Assembly: GCF_036321535.1 (NCBI RefSeq)
Contig: NC_087436.1
Span: 88,848,001 to 88,912,000, forward strand
DNA from: Camelus dromedarius
Taxonomy: Eukaryota
Length of the DNA stretch: 64,000 nucleotides
Reading direction: 5' to 3'
Below are positions 13,001-28,000 of this stretch, one piece after another; the stretch's first letter is position 1; the number at the start of each line of letters is the position of its first letter. Both the position numbers and the translations under genes were made by a program. The notes below the pieces were generated by a model. It made no database searches. It was not told the DNA's origin and saw nothing but the letters and a program-made list of their open reading frames with translations.

Positions 13001-16000
13001 TGGCAGAACAGGACACTTGAAATCAAATAAGGAAGTCATGTCGTGGAAGGCCTGACGGAGGGCTATTGGGAAATGACCCAATTCCCATTTCCCCTACTTG
13101 CTTAGTGTGTATCTCAGTTTCCCTGGGCATGTGTAGGCATGCTGTCCGGTAATGCAGACACCAGCTCCTGCAAAGCTGGCCTTCAGTCCAAGCTTCATGT
13201 TTTCCTGATTTGTTTTGTCCATTGTGGAGTGGAAGGCACTTAAATGCTTGGACTTTACTGAAAAATGAGATAATTAACTATTCACTTTCACTCATCTGCA
13301 GCTTCTCCAGAATATTTTTACAACATTATTGAGTGTTACCCTTAAAATAGTACTTCTTTAATTTTGTTAGAATAATTAGTTAGACTAATTTAGTTAGAAT
13401 AATAGAATAATTGATGTGTTGGAAATTTGCTCTGTGTTTCTTTGACACTTCTGCAGCAGGAAAACATGGTAGTCAAAGCACACCATTTATAAATACACGT
13501 TTTAAATCTGTGCATTAATCATTTAGCAGTGAGTAACGTTGTTCTGAAGTGTCTCCTGCTCTTGGGGTGTATTTTTGTTGCTGAAGTTGCATTGACTGTG
13601 TAATTGTTAATGTAAACAACAGTTGAAAATATTGTCATTATTAGAAACATTTTCAGCAAGTGTTTGGAAGAATTATGTGAATGTGAACACATCACGTTTG
13701 GAAGAATTATGTGAATGTGAACACATCATTCCAGAGTTGCTTCATGGAGAGAAAACGAAACGGTGGGAGTGACTTGCAGAGTCAGCACGGTTTCAGTACA
13801 GAAGCACTTCCTTGTCTCGAAAGTGGATAGTTTGTCATTAATTGAATATATGCTATATACTTGGAGCTGGCTGTAAATCCAGCAACTTGATGAAAGGAGT
13901 TTATTTTCAATCTAACCTTTTCCAAGCATTAATATCTAAGCAGTGGAGAAAAAGGTGAAGATCTGGACAGAGAAATGAACAAGAAGGACTTAAAGAAATG
14001 AAAGCTAAAGAAAATACCGGAGGGATTGTATTTCTGAACTTTGCCTTCATGCTGTAGATTTGAGTTTGGGAGGCTGAGGTGAGCTTTGGCTAGATCTGTG
14101 TCCACCAGTGGGTGAGTGACCAGCAGGAGCCGGATGATTCCTGGGCTGGGATGTGAGCAGCAAGTCCTCTCAGTGGGGTGGTTACATGAGAATATAACTC
14201 AGTTTCTTTGTGTCTCCTGTAGGAATAAAATCCCTCACTGCATAATTACAGCATCACCAGTACCAGTCGATCACCAGCCTGTAGAAAAGGGCATACAGCA
14301 TCCAGAGAAAGACTGACACAGTACAAATGCCTGAGTGTCATAAAGGGCCTTTCTGTTTATCTTCAAATGATCCCAAACCCTTTCATCCTCCATCTTTGAT
14401 CTCCTCTTGGGTGCAAATGTAATAAAATCTTTAATTATAACTTGAACCTTTTCTTGGAGTCAAAGCCCCTTAAGGATGTGTTTAAAACCTCTGGCTCTCC
14501 TATCTGTGGGTTTTACAGCTTGATTTGGAACACTTGAAAAGCATTCCAAAAGACTTTTTTCTATCTGTTTGGATTCCTTAATAGTATTTGTGCACAAAGG
14601 ATTTAGTTGGAACTTTTGAACACTCCAGATAGCCAGTCTCCATGCCTTTATGTCTCTTTGTCTCTTTGCTTGTGGAAGAGATTGACTTCCTGCTCTGTGA
14701 CTGGAAGAGGGTCATTGTGTCACAAACCCACACGTGTGCTTTTGGGATGAATCTTAGGATTGATCTCTGATCATATTTAATTCTTCCTTGTTCAGAGAAA
14801 CCCTGCCCTTTAAATATTTTGCCACTTGGTTAGCTCTTTGCTCTCTCACTTGGCGTCTTGGGCAGGCAGCCTGGAATGGCAGAGTGTGCTCTGCCAAACC
14901 TAGGCTTGGATTCATATCCCGACTCAGCGCTTAGAGGCTGTGTGACTTTTGGCCACTTAACTTCTCTGGGCCTCAGTTTTCTCCCCTGTAAAACTGAGAG
15001 AAACCTACTTCATCCCCCACATCTTGGAATGCTTATAACATGCCTTCTTCAGTCCTCGGAAGGCAATAACCAAAAGCCCTCCAGCCATAATACTAGGAAA
15101 TCCAGGGAGCAAGCCCCCTCCAAGGTCACCCCAGGGACTTCCCTTGAGGGAAGGAGTCCTGTCTAACTTGGGATTGTCTCTGACAGACCAAGGTCTTATT
15201 TATGGCAGTGGAGAGCGGGCTGGCATGTCATATCCCCAGCACAGGCTGGGCGAAGTCCGCGATCCACACAGCCACACGGGCAGCAGGGAGGCGCCTTGTC
15301 CCAGAGGCAGCGCTGGTTTTGGTGTCATGTTCAAGACAAGAGTCCCTGAGGGTGGCCCCACCCTGCGATTTAAAGCCTTCTCCATGTCTTCATTCTGCCT
15401 CTCCACAGAGTACAGGGCCAGCACAGGTTAAAGAGAATGATGTGAGGGAGGCACCCCTAAAAGGGGATGGTGACTTAGGAATTGTGTGGGGGGGTGTCCA
15501 CTGAGGCTTTCTGGTCTAAGATGGGAGCTCCATGACTTGTGCTGGTGTTGCTGCTCCTGGCAGGTGGGCCCAGAGTCAGGTGCGGAGGCAGGTCTTTTGT
15601 TAGGGCTGCTGCCGCAGGCACTGTGGCTGTTCTTTGAGATTTGGGCTCCACGGCCCAGGGTCACAAGCTCTGGAGGGGACTTCACACCTGCCAGGCCTGA
15701 ACCTCCCTGCTACAGCTCCTGTGTTCCACTCTAAGGTCACATTCACGGCCACCGGGGCAGGTGCTGGCCAGAGATGGCTCGATCCAGACTGTTGCAGCCT
15801 CTGCCGGCTCCAGGACTCAGATTTGTCTTGCTCCCTTCCTCTGGGGACCAGCCCTTCCCTGATAATATTTTTAATTTTATGTAGCTCAAATTTGCAGCCC
15901 TAATGAGCAAGCCTACTTACCCTAGACTGGCATAACTGAGAGCTTCTTACACTCCAAGAAGCATCTGCTTCAAGGTGTTTTGCTGTCTTCACCTATAATG

Positions 16001-19000
16001 ACAACTTTTTGGATAGAGAGAAAAGGTGCCCTGGTTCAGGTGAGATCTGCCTCTGGCAGGGAAGCCTGCTTCACGGGGTGTTTGTGAAAACAAGAGACAG
16101 AGGAAGTGAAGACCCCAGCAGAATGCTTAGTGCCCTTGGGGTGATGAACCGTTCCAGTTTGCCTGGTACTGAGGGGGCTTTCTTGAAAGGAAGGATGTTT
16201 AGTGCTCAAATCTGCAAAGTTCTGAGCAAACCGGGACAAGGTGGTCACTTTGTCCCCACACCGTGGCCTCCAGGAGTAGGCATGGCCATTTTCTCTGTGG
16301 CTGTTATTCTGACATCAATAGTTATTTGGTTTCAGAACCTACAACTGCATTAAATATCTCATCCTCTCCAAACCTGTTTTAATTTTTAATAGTATTCTAT
16401 GCTTTCCCTTGTAAAGCATACATTTAAAGCGTAATTACACCAACAGTGTCACTTTAAAGAGAGAGTGATTGCTTCACAAAATCGTAATACTCCCATGTGA
16501 CTAACACTGACCTTGTCATGCTTCGTTTATGCCCATCATAGCTCCACAAAGAAGGCAATAGGCCACAGAAACTTATTAGAAAAGAAAAGATATAGAAGGG
16601 AAATTACCACCTAGAGAGTACACATTTAATCTTTGTAGCAACCCTTGGTAGCAGGCATCATTTTTACTATTTTAGAGATGTGGAAACTGAGGTTCAGCGA
16701 AATTAAGTAACTTATCCAAGGTCACACAGCCAATGAGATTGGTGCTAGGGTTCAAATCCAGATGTCTGACTCAAAAGCTGTGTTTCCCCCACTCTCACCC
16801 CTTGTGCATACTGTGTATTCTCATTTTACAGAGGATTGCAACCAAAGACTTGCACCTGGCTTCCAACTCCCAACTGGATCTCTCTCTATAAGGCTGGATT
16901 TAGAGCAATTTATTTACTTTCTCTAAATCTCAGTTTCTTCACTTATAAAATGGTGATTGTAATTCTGACATTGTAGTGTTATTGTAAGAATTTAAACTAG
17001 TATCTAGAACGTGGATTTATAGTGGATAATAAATGTTATCTCTTCTTATTACCATCCATGGGGATGCAGGCCTTATGTCCCAGGAGGCTGACTTTTATGG
17101 TCTTTTATCAGCTCATTCCATATGTCCAAGTTCTCCTCCACACTCCTAGGAATGGTGCTTTGAGAATAGGCACAAAGACTCATGCTGTTTTCTCTCATCG
17201 TCTACTAGCAAGTGGTATGGCTTGTGATGAGATTTTCATTGTCACAACATTCCAGATGATGTCTGTACCCTCTGTTAGCTGAAAACTCCAAATAATAATC
17301 CCCATGAGTTCCCAGCATAGATGTCCCTGGGCCTAAGACCACTCCAGACGGACAGCTAGTGAAGGGCTCTCACAGTTTATTTCCTATAGTTCTGCAGTCA
17401 GATCCTCTACCACTGTCCTACATTTCTGAGTGATGAAATATTTTAATTTTAGCTCATTGTAAAAATTTCTCTTTGGGTGACTTATTTTGATAACTTTTCA
17501 ATGAGAATTTTTTTTAAGCAGATTTTTTTCTTATAAGGGACTCCAAGAAATTTGAGTTAATCATCTATGACATGTCTCTGAGCTATTTGTACTAGGTCAG
17601 ATGAGAAACAGCATCTTTAAAGAACCTTCTTATTCGATCACTGCTTGGCATTTCATTTGCCTTAAATGAAATTACCTTTTCCTGGGACTGAGAGAGTTTT
17701 TGTTCCTTATATGAAATGAAGCTCCATTTAAAGTTCACTTGTGCTGAGGGCTCGCTGCTGTTCTGGAGTGGGGATGGGCCAGGAGGGGTGGGGAGAGCAG
17801 GGATGCTCAGAGATGAAGGTTGTGGTCTCTTCACGCCCCTCACAGCCTTGTGAGGGTCATGGATCCAGTGAGAGTGACAAGAACACATCAGACCCTTGGC
17901 ATGTTTTAGTGAGCGTATAAATGTGCTGCATGTGACTCAAATTACATTTATTAAGTTCCTTGCAAGTGCTTGCTCTTTCATAGGCAAATTACAGTTCAAG
18001 TGGGTTGTCTCGATCTTGTGCAAATGATGTTCATTTTTCATATTAATTGATAAAGTTTCTAACCCTAGATCTCTGACTACATCACTAAAGTAATGGCTTT
18101 TCTACCTTCCTCTTCAACTAGTTTTGTAGATATTTGGCACAGGAGGAGCCTCTTTTGCTAAATACACAGATGGCCTCGCCATTTGTTGATTGAAATTACA
18201 TTTTAAGATAATATGCATTTAGATCACTAGGTTTTGGCATATTTGCTTAAAAGCATAGCTCATCATTTTATAGATGAGTCTTATGTGTTGGCAAATTGGC
18301 TCAGAAAGCAAAAGGAACAGCTAAAGATGAACGTTAATGTATGGTCGCTTTTTCATTTTTTTCCTGTTTCCCATATGTCACTTTTGATCTTCTCCTAGGA
18401 GAGCTGTACTATTTATAATGCAGAATGGAGATTACTGAGCATTTCTACTTTCAAAATTACATTTTCCATGGTGTACGGGAATCAAAACTCATTAAGAAAA
18501 AAGAAAGCATTCCTTTTTATTGTTTTTTTTTTTTTTTCACGTTGCTTGATCAAAGCCACTGTCATTTTCACCTTCACATCTATTGCAAATAACCTTTCCT
18601 TCTATCTCCAGGATGTAAAGAGAGAGATCTTTGGGAATGTCCATCCAATAAACAATGTTTGAAGCACACAGTCATCTGTGATGGGTTCCCAGACTGCCCT
18701 AATCACATGGATGAAAAAAACTGCTGTAAGTGCCTAGGTGAAACTGTCAACATGACATTTTATTTTAAACATGAATTACCTCTCATTTTGAATATAAGCC
18801 TGAAATTTGGAACTATGTATCAAATCTTTGTGTATGTTCAGATCTTTTGATGGAAACGCCACTTGTAAAAATATAAACCAAGAAGACAAATGTGTAAAAT
18901 ATATGCATAATGATATTATTCCAGCATTATTTATAACAGGGACAAAATTAGAACCCCCCCAAAATATCCAAAAATAAGGGACAAAAAAATATAACCATAA

Positions 19001-22000
19001 AGTGGAAAAAAACGCAAACATTAAAAATCAAATCAGAAGAATAATTTCTTCTGGGTTCATTATGTATCATTAGATGAATAAAACAAAATATGAAGAATTT
19101 ATGTGTACTATTGTGCTGAGTTTTGAAAGTACATGTACCCACATACAGAAAAAGATCAGACGGGCATAATAAAAAGTTTACAATTACAAGCCCTGGGTGG
19201 TGGAATTACTAAGCTTTTATGCTTTTCTATGTTTTCCACATTTTCTAAATGAATGGCCAGTAGTTTTAGAATCAGGAAAAAAAAATCCTAAGATACATTG
19301 CCTACTAGTAATAACTCAACTCAAACTGACTTAAACAGTGAAGAAATTTATCTTTTATTATCCTATGTATTACATATGCCTTATATCATCATATAAAAAG
19401 TCAAGTGTGGATGGATTCTTGAGGTGGATGCTGGAGTTCAGCACCTCTTCTGTGATTCTTTGAGTTGGCTTGATCTCTGGCTGGCTCCCACCAGGTCCAA
19501 AGATGGCTGCCAAGAGCACCTGAGATGCCATGCTTCCCTGATCATATCCACTGGGAAGGAGTCAGAGCCTTACCCTCATCTCTGGAACATCACTCTGACT
19601 GGCCAGCTTTGAGCCAGGTACCAGCTAGTAGTCAGCAGTGTTTGTGTGGATTCCAAAAGACACCACCTAAACAACTGAATAGGGAAAAGAAGTGCCCTTA
19701 GGGAGAACCAATTAGAAAAAGATGGCGTTTTAGCCAGGCCACCCCTGTCCCAGGCCAGGACATGTGGCCTGACCAGCAGGGTTTGGGCAGGAGCTGTCTT
19801 GTAAAGCACAACCCACGAAGCCGTAGACCAAGACCCTGACCTTGGATCACCTGTTTTCTCCTGGACTTATAATTGTACTCAGAAAAAAAAAAAAATTGTA
19901 GTCAGAAAAAAGCCATCTTCACCTTAAACTAACCAGGATCTTCCCCCCAGAGCAGGGGATGGTGTAGGAGCCTGAATAAAATCAGGTTCCCTTGAAAAAG
20001 GAGGAAGAAAGAGAAGAGATGCTACATAGGCAATCAAGGAGTTTCACTATAGTTTTTAAAACCCGAGAATTAGTGTGTGACTCAGAGAGTCATATCATAG
20101 TAGAGATTTAAGGAAATAAAATTATCCATAAATGTGGACAGAGCTGGTTTTCACCCTAGGGTGTGACTTCAGTCTGCTCATACCCAGTTCTCTGCTCACA
20201 CCACTTCAGATTTGAGCCTTGTGTTCTAACCTCTGGTATTTCTGCTGTTCTGGGTACCACCATCTCAATCCTACGGTTAGACCTAGAGAACCTAGTCCCT
20301 TGGAGATAGTAGTCTGTTTAAACTCTTGCTGTTTGTGTGGACTGACATCTCTGAAATGAGGTTTTACTGATTCTGTCTTCTGTCTGTCTTGCCACCTGTT
20401 TGGAGGCCTCATAACCACATCCTTTCTTCCTCCCATGCTCCTGCTGGCAAACAATGATGTGCCTGTTAGTGATAATCACATTCATTGCTAAAATGTTTCT
20501 GTCCCCTCACTTCTTGTTCCCCTGCCAGCATTTTGCCAAGACGATGAGCTGGAATGTGCCAACCACGAGTGTGTGTCACGTGACCGGTGGTGTGATGGTG
20601 AAGCCGACTGTGTAGACAGTTCTGACGAATGGGACTGTGGTGAGCTTGTTTCTGCCATCTGCTCTCTGCTCTAATGCCTGTCAGCCATTTAAGCTGAGTG
20701 AATCCTAAATGGCTTCACGGACCTTACTAACCAAGTTCATCTATGTTGCTTTACTATTATAGAAGCCGACAGTGGTGATTCATGCGTGTTATTTCCAACT
20801 CACAGAACACTTCCCCCCAAGTTACTTCTCTATTTGAAATGCTTATATTATATGTAAAAACATTTGGGTTCAAATTGTTATGACCATATACATTTTTTTA
20901 AGCAGAATTATATCTTTATTTTTTTAACTTATTTTTTATTGAAGTATTGTCAGTTATGATGTGTCAGTTTCTGGTGTACAGCATAATGTTTCAGTCATAC
21001 ATACACATACAATAGCTTTTCATATGAATATAATTTTTAAAACTCTGTCATCCCCCAGCTTCAACAATTATCAGTAGTCGGCCTTTCTTAGATCACTGAC
21101 ACCTCCTGGAACAGAATATTAAAGGGACCCTTCCATCCTTCCTATATTCTTGCTCCAGATCCAGATGAGACTGTCTACTCCCTTACATGGACAGGACTTA
21201 AATGCATCTCCCACCTTTATCCCAATGTTGCAGTTTATAACCTTGAGTTTGATTTATTCTGTTGTCCCACCCTCATCACTCCTGCCATTCACCTGGCTCT
21301 CATTTCAGTCCTTTGCATCATCTGGCCAAATCTTGCTTACGGTGTGTGTTGTTATTAACTGTGCATTGTTTCCACAAATAATCTGTGGTGGATGAAGCAC
21401 AGAGGATTCTCTTTTATAAAATAGAAATTAGTATATATGCCAAATGAATCCTAAATTAACATCACTCACACACTTGCCTTCTCATAGGCTTTCTTGAAAG
21501 GAAATGATTTGAATGAAGTTACAGCTAGCTCCTTCTAAGTATGCAAATTATTGGGTAAACTCATGGGAATGGGACCTACCTCTGGCTGTCTTCTAACGTA
21601 TAAAGTTAAGAACTGCCTATCTCTTTCACTGGAGCCTATGGTTCTTGTAGGGCAGAGAACACATCAGATTCATTTTTCAGTCCCCCATCACATGGAGATC
21701 AGTGATTTGCACAGGGTGAGAATTCACCAAATGGTTCTTAGCTAAAAGAAATAAAAATGCATGCTTGCAATTAAAGCAAAGGCATGTAAAGTTGTCATTT
21801 GGTTTCATGAGAAGAAATGTTTTAAATTAGGGTTTCCTTTTTTTTTCCCCCCTCAGTGACCCTCTCTGCAAACGTGAACTCCTCTTCACTCCTGACTGCT
21901 CACAGATCTGCAGTCGAACACCACGTGTGTGCAGATGGCTGGCAGGAGACATTGAGTCAGCTGGCCTGCAAGCAGATGGGTTTAGGGTAAGGTCAGTAGT

Positions 22001-25000
22001 TTGTAGCACTGATGGATTTCTCAGAGGGCTTCACAGAACTTGGCAATAATATCTTCCTTATGAATGCAGAGTGAGTTAGTGCTCTCAAATCGAGCCCTCC
22101 AAAGCACGGGAAATGAATCAGGTGAGAGGACTGTATTAAATTACAGACACCTGCTCTGAAGAGTGTGGGTTGAAACCCTACTTTGATAAAGCCTCTGAAA
22201 GTAAATGAAGTAATTGTATTTTAAGTACTTCTGAAATGAAATGCTTTTATTTATAAAAGCATTAAGATGGTTTCTTCTGAGGAAACTGGATGGGAAAAAT
22301 CTTGTGATTTCCCCTCAGGAGGCTATTGAAAATTCCTTTTTAAGCAACATACATTTTTTAATAAGTTGAGAAGTAGAACTTGAAGTTGCTGGTTTTTCAA
22401 TTTATCCTATGTAATGCAGGAAATGTAAATGAGGAAATTGTTCACCATTTTGCTTCTTCATAGAATGAAAAGACACTCACTCTCGCTTTGATACGAACAC
22501 ACTGAAATCAATACTTTGAAAGGTAGATACTTGTGGGGTTTTCTTTTCCAGGGCTGGAAAGCAATAACTGAAAGGTCTTAGAGTATATATGTGAGAGTGT
22601 GTGTGTGTGTGTGTGTACACACATAGGTATATATATTTTTCTTTCACCAATGATGTGTGTGAGATTTGGGAGAAACATAGAAATGATAGACATAAAAGAT
22701 CAAGGGGTTATAAAATTCTAGCACAAAAAAAATTGAGTAAATGTCATTTCCCAGGATTCTACTGAGTAAACTGGAAACAATTTTATAATATTGAGCCATC
22801 CAATTACAGAATAGCAATTGGCAACACATTTTTGTTATCCCAGTTTAAAAAGTTATGTAAATACCAGCATCTTCAGCCCATGATTTTTCCCACGTAAAGT
22901 CCCACATCTTTGGAAAATTGAGTAACTGGTAATATAATAAAAGCACTTCAGGATTTTCCAGAATGGAAAATTATATTTGCTAAGATCCATTAAATTACAT
23001 TTCGTTTTCACAACATCCTTATTGTGTCCAAATGAAAGGGAGTGTGACAGTGATCAGAAATAAATTAAAAGCCTTTTGAGTGAGCTTTATTTTCCTCTCA
23101 TGAAGACACAAGGTTATTTCTTAATATGAAAACCTGATTACGTGATAGATAACTCCATTGAGAGTTCTGAGGAAGAGTCAGAACTACAAAGATTTTATAA
23201 CCAAATTCTTTTGACCAGACACCCTGTTCTGTTGCAAATAGAAAGGATCACTTTTGAAAAATTCTAATTTATGTTCCTTCAGATTTTTTTGGATATTGGA
23301 TTTAAACTTTTTTTTTTATTGTAGTACGATACACAATAGAAAAGTCACCACTTTAACCATTTAAAAGTGTATAATCCAGTGGCATTTAGTATATTCATAG
23401 TGTTGTGCTATCATCATCAGTATCTGGCTTTTTTGCTCTTAATGTTTTCATGTATCTATAAATCAGTACTTTATTCCAGTTTATAGCTGAATAACATTCC
23501 ATTGCATGGATACAGCATATTTTTAAATCTATTCATCCATTGATGAATTCATCTGTCTTGGCAATTTCTACCTTTGGCTATTGCATACATGTTGGATTTT
23601 TTAAAAAAGAAAACTCTTTACTCCATTGCTCCATTTCCTTAACATAGTGGGAAAATGTCAGTGCAGCATCTTAGATATTTAAAAATCTAGACAGACATTC
23701 AGATTTTTTTAAAGATAACTTTATTTCACAAGAGGGCTAGGAAAGTCTGAGAGAGCAGCATGGGTGGAACCATAGTCGTTATGTGACCAAGTTAATAGGT
23801 GAGAAGTGATTCGTCTCCCAAGGAAACGAGGAGGAAAGGCAGTCTTAGTGTTTTCGTGCTTTTGGGTTGCCTTCAAGCTCACCCTTCAATTTACACGGAT
23901 GGCTCATGGACTGACGGAAGTCTGGAGAGCCAGGCCGGGGCAGGCACCAAGAGAATGTGTGAGATGGGGTTAGATTCCTACCGTGGGAGTGGGCCTCTTA
24001 GGAAGCTGCTGTCACCACCGTCCCTGGGGACCAGTGCTGTGCTGCGGATTTCCAGTTCTGCCGCTGATGCCTCAAATTAATTCATGGTAACTCTGCACCA
24101 TTGAGCCATTTCCTCCAGATCCAAAGTCCCTAATAGGAGGGCGTGTCTGGTCACAGCTAGTCATTGACCAGCTCCAGCTGTGAGAGGGGGAGGAAGAGGA
24201 AAGAGCTGTCTTCCTGTAGCTTCTGGAGTGGCGTGTCCACTACACCGGCCTGCCTTTATACCTCCACACATACTCGGCGTCAGAAACTTGAGGTTTAAAA
24301 AACAGCCCCAACTAATTCTATTCAGTATCTTCCTCCCATTGTGTTTTGAGCATCTGCTTATAGGCCTTGTACAGGGGTAGGCACTGTGTGGAGGATGCAA
24401 AGGTGAATAGCATCATCAAAGAGCTTATGATGAAGTGGGGAAGACATATGAATAAACCATCAAGAACATCAAGTTAGAAAAAATTTCCCGATTTTTTGTC
24501 ATCTGAGAAGGGTCCATTTATAGTGGAGCACATGGCATTCCTATTAAAATTATATAAGAAAAATATTCAACTCTAATATTATCTTGATACTATAATATAA
24601 ACTCATTAAATTATTCACTCATTCAGTAAACGTTCATAGAGAAAAGCACTGTGGTGTCGTATCCAAAGTGAACATACCTTAACTCCAAATAGATTATTCA
24701 TCCACTTGAGGGGGTGTATTTTGAAGCTAGTTTGTTAAAAATGCAAATAGACACCAAATTACATGTTTTGCAAGGATTCTGCGGAGATGCTTTCATGATA
24801 GATGCAGTTGATTAAAAACACCTGCACTGAGAGTTTTTCAGACCCAAATTGTGCTGTCCATGTCTAACAGCAGAAATGCTAGGCTCTCGACTAAGTGCTT
24901 GTCCTAATGAGAAGATTCAGAGCTCTTCTCCGAATCTGCAAAACATTTTACCCCCATCTGCAGGTATCTCTAGAGTTCACCCCAGCTGGAAGTATGATGA

Positions 25001-28000
25001 CTATTTGATTAGACAAGGGTATAAATCAAGCCCCTAAATTCTCCTGATGGTATATTGACTTTGCTACCTACGTGTCCAGTATCAAAAACATATGGACATT
25101 TATTTAATCAACAATACGAATCAGAACTTAGACCACCCTCTGATACTTGCCAAATGCTCCTGAGACATCTGGTATTTGAGGAAGTTGGTCTAGGGGACGT
25201 GATTCTCTGTGTCTCTTGGCCTCATAAGCTTATCTCTATAAAAGTTAGAGATAGACTGTACTATTTTGGCAGAAATTCCTTTATAAAGTTAGTTGCAATT
25301 TGGTTTTATGCCCTGATCTTTTAGAGTTGGTTAGAAGAAGAAGCATCCTTCCAAAGAATGTTTCTGTGTCTTGGCAAAGCCGCAGGCAGCCTCTATTATA
25401 TTACCTACTAGTCTCTGATATAAGGATTTACATTGTAATGTTTTCCTAAAGTCTACTCCCAGGACAGAGTTTCTAACTTCGGATTTTGTTTGTCATGTAA
25501 GAACTGCTTTATCCAGGATAGTTTCCTATTTGATTGATTTCCATGCAGTTCGAAGACAGATTCAGTCCTCTGTAATAGTAAATCTAGCCCAGGTTTCTGG
25601 TCCTGTACATGTAAACCATGGAAAGGAAGCTCAAAACTTTGCAGTTTTTTTTTTTAATTAAGATATATTCATATAAAAATCACTGTTGAAAAGTGTACGA
25701 ATCAGTTGTTTTTAGTATGTTCACAAAGCTGTAATCATCATCGCTGTCTAATTCCAGAACATTTTCATCACTTGAAAAAGAAACCCTATGCTCTTTAGCA
25801 CTCACTCCCCATTTCTTCTTTCCCCTAACTCCTAAACAATACTAATTTACTTTCTGTCTCTATGTATTTGTCTGTTGTGCACATTTCACATAAATAGAAT
25901 CCCATGCAATATGTGCTTTCTTGATTTGGCTTCTTCCACTTAGTTTTTAAGGTTCTTTCACAGCGTCTTTAAGGTTCATCCGTGTTGTAGTAGGTATCAG
26001 TACATCATTCCTGTTTATGCTAAATAATATTCTGCTGTGTAGATAGAACCACATTTTGATTAACCATTCATGAATTCATGGACATTTGGGTTGTTTCCAC
26101 TTTTGGGCTATTATGAATAATGCTGCTATGAACATTCATGTGCAAGTTTTTATGTGTGAATATATATTCTTTCACTTCTTTTGGATATATACTTAAGACT
26201 AGACTTACTGGGTCAAATGGTAACTCTATGTTTAATTTTTTGAATAACTACCAATCTATTTTCCAAAAGGGCTGCACCATTTTATACTCCACCAGCAATA
26301 TGTAAGAGTTCCAATTTCCCCATATTTTTGTTATTGTCCTTTTTTTTTTTTTTGATTATGTGTACTCAATGTGTTCAACAATGATATTGCTCATTTTTTC
26401 ATCTGGGTGACCAAGAGAGTGAATATATAGAGAGAAGATAAGAAGACCAAGGGCTGAACCCTAACATTAGGAAGATGGAGGATGCGAAGTAGCAAGGCAA
26501 AGGAGGTGAAAAAGAACAAGCAGTGGGGTAGGAGTTTGTGATAGCCTGGAACCCAAGTGAAGAAAGCATATCAAGGAAGAAGTGATGTCAGTTATAGAAA
26601 ATGCTGCTGAGAAGTCAAGTAGTAAAATCAGGACTGAAAATGACCGTTGGTTTCAGCAATATGTGTCATTGACATGAGCAGATTCAGTGGAGTGAGGGGG
26701 CAAAAGCCTGAGAGATAATAGGAAGAAAGAAACAAAAGACAGTAAGTATAGAGCTTTTTTTTTTTTTTGAGGAATTTAGCTGAAAAGAGAAGCAATGAAA
26801 TACAGGCAGTGACTGGTGAGGGAAACAGGGCTAGGAGTCCTTTGCTGCTTCCATTTCCCTAAAAGCTCTCGCTGTCCCATGACTGAATTTCTAACAGAGC
26901 CCTCCCTGCCATAGGACAAACATTATGTTCAGCTGCTATAGACTGAGTGCTTATGTGCCTCCTGAATTCAGATGCTAAATCCTAACCCCCCATGTGATGG
27001 TATTAAGAGGTGGGGACTTTGAGAGGTGATGAGGACATAGGAGTGGAGCCCCCAAGAGTGGGATTAGTGACTATAAAAGAGACTCCCTAGACGCCCTTCC
27101 ATCAAGTGCTGGCACAGCAAGATGGCTGCCTGTGATCGAGGACGTGGGCCTTCACCAGGCACCAGTCTGCCACTACCTTCATCGGACCTGGACCTCCCAG
27201 GCTCTGGAACTATGGGAAATAAATCTCTGTTGTTGATAAGCGACCCAGTCTATGGTAATATGTTGTAGAGGCCTGAACGGACGAGGCAGAAATAAATCAT
27301 TTTCTGTCCAAAGTTCATTGCACATATAAATGTTTTCAAGTCAAGTAAGTATGGACTATTTTCCCCAGCTGGTAGGCCCACCATAAACTAGTGTGTCTTT
27401 CTTCAACTTCCTATCCTTTTATATGTTCCTTCTCTTTTCGGACTGGCTGGTCTTTTATCTGTGTTCTGTAGGCACATTCCTTCCTGCTTCTGCCTCTGTG
27501 TCTATAGATGCATCATTTTCTACATTTTCTATCCAGATTCTCAGGACCTCACTCAAGCCTTATGGCTTTTCTGAAGCTTTTCTCATCTCCTTGATCTTTT
27601 TTGCCCCTGAACTTCCTGCGGTACTTAAAAATCAACACTACACACTATCCTTTTTAATTCTAGAATGCTGTATATCATTTGTATATATTTTTTTGATTCT
27701 TCATTTGTTTCAAAGACTAGGGTACACAAAATAGTAATGGCTAACCTTAGTGATGTGCCAGGCTGTTCTACGTACTTGATACGTATTGTCACAATTTATG
27801 CACATTATAATCCTGTAAGATAAGTAGTTTTTTTCTACTTTACGTATGGTGGAACTGAGGTTTAGGAAGGCCAAGGAACTTTGCTAGGTCACAGAAAAAT
27901 ACAGAACTAGGATGTAAATCCAAGCAAGAGCAAGAGACCTCTCGGATACCAGGATTAGATCCCATATGACACCCAGTTATTCAGTAAACATGCCATGATT

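Noticed and set aside
14858..15903. Cluster of overlapping ORFs in a GC-richer patch, as a nested gene or CpG island
   Set aside because: No recognisable protein, few CpGs, and the longer ORFs are expected from base composition.
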